From: Myxococcales bacterium
GTDB taxonomy: Bacteria; Myxococcota_A; UBA9042
Direction of reading: 5' to 3'
Length of the DNA: 64,000 nt
Assembly: GCA_037441385.1 (NCBI GenBank)
Contig: JBBISH010000022.1
Span: forward strand, 2-64,001
Shown: piece by piece, positions 62,901-64,000 of the stretch
Position numbering within the stretch: position 1 is the stretch's first letter
Layout of the letters: the number at the start of each line of letters is the position of its first letter
Position numbers and translations under genes: made by a program
Notes under the pieces: model-generated
Databases searched by the model: none
What the model was told of the DNA's origin: nothing
The model's input: the letters and a program-made list of their open reading frames with translations, nothing else

Positions 62901-64000
62901 GACGATGGCCGTGCCCGCGCAGACGCCGCCGGCGCACACGTCGCCGCTCGTGCACGCGTCGTTGTCGCTGCAGGTTTGCGTGGTGTTCGTGTGGAGACAG
63001 CCCTGAGTTTTGTCGCAGCTGTCCGCGGTGCAAACGTTGTTGTCTTCGCAGTTTGCGGGCGTTGGGCCGGTGCACTTGCCGCCGCTGCAGACGTCGCCGG
63101 TGGTGCAGGCGTCGTTGTCGTTGCACGGCACGCTGTTGTTCACGTGCTGGCAGCCGTTGGATTTGTCGCAGCTGTCGTTGGTGCACAAGTTGCCATCCAC
63201 GCAGTCCAGGATGCCGGGGCCCGCACACTTTCCGCCGCTGCACACGTCGCCGGTGGTGCAGGCGTCGCTGTCGTTGCACGGGCTGGTGTTGTTGGTGAAC
63301 GCGCACTTGCCGTTGGTGCACGCGTCGCTGGTGCAGGCGTTGCTGTCGTTGCAGTCTGCGGTGCTGGCACAGTTGCCGCCGCAGCCGATGATGGGTGTGT
63401 GGGTGCAATTGCCGCTGGCCGGGTCGCACGAGTCGTTGGTGCAGTTGTCGGTATCGCTGCAGTTCTTGGCCAATCCGGGCTTGCACACGCCGGCCGCGCA
63501 CGCATCGCTCAGCGTGCAGGTGTTGCCGTCCTCGCATGGCGCGGTATTTGCGGTGTACTTGCAGCCGCTGGCCGGGTCGCAACTGTCGGTGGTGCAAACG
63601 TTGTTGTCGTTGCAGACCAGCGCCGGCCCTGGGGCGCACGCGCCGCCCGCGCACGTGTCGTTGTTGGTGCAGGCGCTGCCGTCGCTGCAACTCGCGCTGT
63701 TGTTGACGTTCTTGCAGCCCGTGGCCGGGTCGCAACTGTCGGTGGTGCACAGGTTGCCGTCGTCGCAGTTGGGGGCCGCGCCGCCCTTGCAACTGCCTCC
63801 GCTGCAGACGTCTTGGGTCGTGCAGGCGTTGTTGTCGGTGCAGGCCGCGGTGTTGTTGGCATAGGTGCAGGTACCGGTGGCCGGGTTGCAGGTGTCGTTG
63901 GTGCAAGGGTTGCTGTCGTTGCACACGACGGGTTGGCTGGCGATGCACTTGCCGCCGCTGCACGTATCCACCTTGGTGCAGGCATCGTTGTCGGTGCATG
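59967..64000 (-). CDS. Giant secreted protein (5' end outside the window) with Cys-rich repeats, six NHL repeats, more Cys-rich repeats and a ~500-aa Cys-poor C-terminal domain
   Basis: The frame is open to the window edge. The NHL motifs are YVADAYNHAIRAV, YVVDTNNHALRLV, IADSGNHAIRLY, YVVDTNNHKLRKV, FIADTNNARVRR and YVADSYNHLIRRI. The stop is at 59967. Confidence 0.8.
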   Translation of the reverse strand, partial: CTDNDACTKVDTCSGGKCIASQPVVCNDSNPCTNDTCNPATGTCTYANNTAACTDNNACTTQDVCSGGSCKGGAAPNCDDGNLCTTDSCDPATGCKNVNNSASCSDGSACTNNDTCAGGACAPGPALVCNDNNVCTTDSCDPASGCKYTANTAPCEDGNTCTLSDACAAGVCKPGLAKNCSDTDNCTNDSCDPASGNCTHTPIIGCGGNCASTADCNDSNACTSDACTNGKCAFTNNTSPCNDSDACTTGDVCSGGKCAGPGILDCVDGNLCTNDSCDKSNGCQHVNNSVPCNDNDACTTGDVCSGGKCTGPTPANCEDNNVCTADSCDKTQGCLHTNTTQTCSDNDACTSGDVCAGGVCAGTAIVCDDKNDCTVDTCSKASGCVYTNAAAGTACSDGNACTVGDNCQSGVCKPGNQVWVDVLAGQIPNPNSGSGGGALADGTGAAAKFNTPAGLAFMAYDQKIYVADAYNHAIRAVTLDGKVATVAGGTAAGFSDGTGAGAMFNLPMGVAAAVKGNLYVVDTNNHALRLVDVTSGAVSTLAGGTEGFTDGSAVKEAQFSKPMGVAVSSSGLVAIADSGNHAIRLYNPNTNLVTTLAGTGVAGSGDTGTGTGGKATFNKPTALAFDGNGVLYVVDTNNHKLRKVTAAGVVTTVAGDGKAGLVDSTNLAAVEFNYPSGITMPSWGPVFIADTNNARVRRGGANGVGTFAGGGSSVSPGPALQASFNMPGGITSDLSGYLYVADSYNHLIRRIRDTGNPCTVGGVCYTYGMIAANEPCKSCQGGSSFTARAAGSSCTDGLLCTSGETCSGTGACSGQTLNCNDGNVCTDDTCDAMTGGTCNFAFNVAACSDGNPCTVGESCMYGECQVPTGSNACDDKNPCTADSCSAQPDGSFLCAYSALGSDTACSAPAGTAYGMCRNAVCTGIEQATIAASGGTLTRLLDINPDKAGGITAVGQAVSASTGGSPIGGAFTVNTGATPITLSTAWSATEELWSIRSRLLTGGHATIGSSASDSAGYTAVYSGNPPYTAGGPLLSNLARVLRTTAMVLDAQSSSEDYMSGGAGDGATMTPASTLYRYKYSPTSNTWDASSAKLGEMGVVASPPTFAIGCGAAMINAHVLGIYRPSLSEAFMVVYRPQNTTGYVAYWNASNSLNGLCSGVAPGGTVDLSSNNTKLLTNSNAYVAAVDGSSASNILAVGTPAASGSPVIWSFNGTSWSAESPSLKASGVNSSWSSNNYVPQAVAVLDKEAFVGGHTTLNGCRYLFVLHGTRTSSGWAWDHLKVTAATLYTCDSNNAGRLTLSRAWANPTDGSIYLAGSAATAATGATMVPSGQTSAGQTGLLLRIK

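Noticed and set aside
62122-63999. 625-aa alternative-frame ORF inside the NHL giant gene.
   Set aside because: Its Arg/Gln/His-rich periodic translation is generated by the Cys-repeat codons read out of frame.

Overview
High-GC bacterial chromosomal segment with dense sigma54 use, Tad pili and very large Cys-rich secreted proteins, which looks Myxococcota-like; that taxon is an inference only. I saw no rRNA, tRNA, CRISPR array, transposase or phage genes.

Gene content, left to right:
- A CsgG-like secreted protein and a Cys-rich lipoprotein.
- A Cys/Met PLP enzyme and an HExxH lipoprotein peptidase.
- A 1098-aa Cys-rich repeat protein.
- An FHA/Zn-ribbon/FHA protein and a Spy-like periplasmic protein.
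- A complete 13-gene Tad/Flp pilus locus on the minus strand (14723-26611), followed by a PHM-like copper monooxygenase homologue.
- A receiver-cyclase plus hybrid histidine kinase, followed by a VTC / DUF4956 / membrane-fusion-propeller cluster.
- Adenosine deaminase.
- A Cus-type metal efflux operon with extra metal-binding genes.
- An Lrp regulator and an aminotransferase.
- A TetR-2xDUF2249 fusion with a polytopic membrane protein and a divergent hemerythrin.
- A methyltransferase and an RND multidrug-type pump.
- Two more Cys-rich giant proteins; the last runs off the window.

Most notable non-genic signals:
- A 132-bp structured repeat family with four intact copies, each exactly 132 bp and flanked by TCA. 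One paralogous empty/filled site pair is preserved at 59512-59940.
- Three near-consensus sigma54 promoters inside the Tad locus, each with a shared CGGGGAAWTT motif about 100 nt upstream.
- A perfect 8-4-8 palindrome operator candidate at the TetR/hemerythrin divergent promoter.
- An 18-nt motif present three times.

The ORF track shows ATG, GTG and TTG starts all as M, and many listed ORFs are antisense shadows. Starts below were re-picked from signal peptides, ribosome-binding sites and stop/start overlaps.
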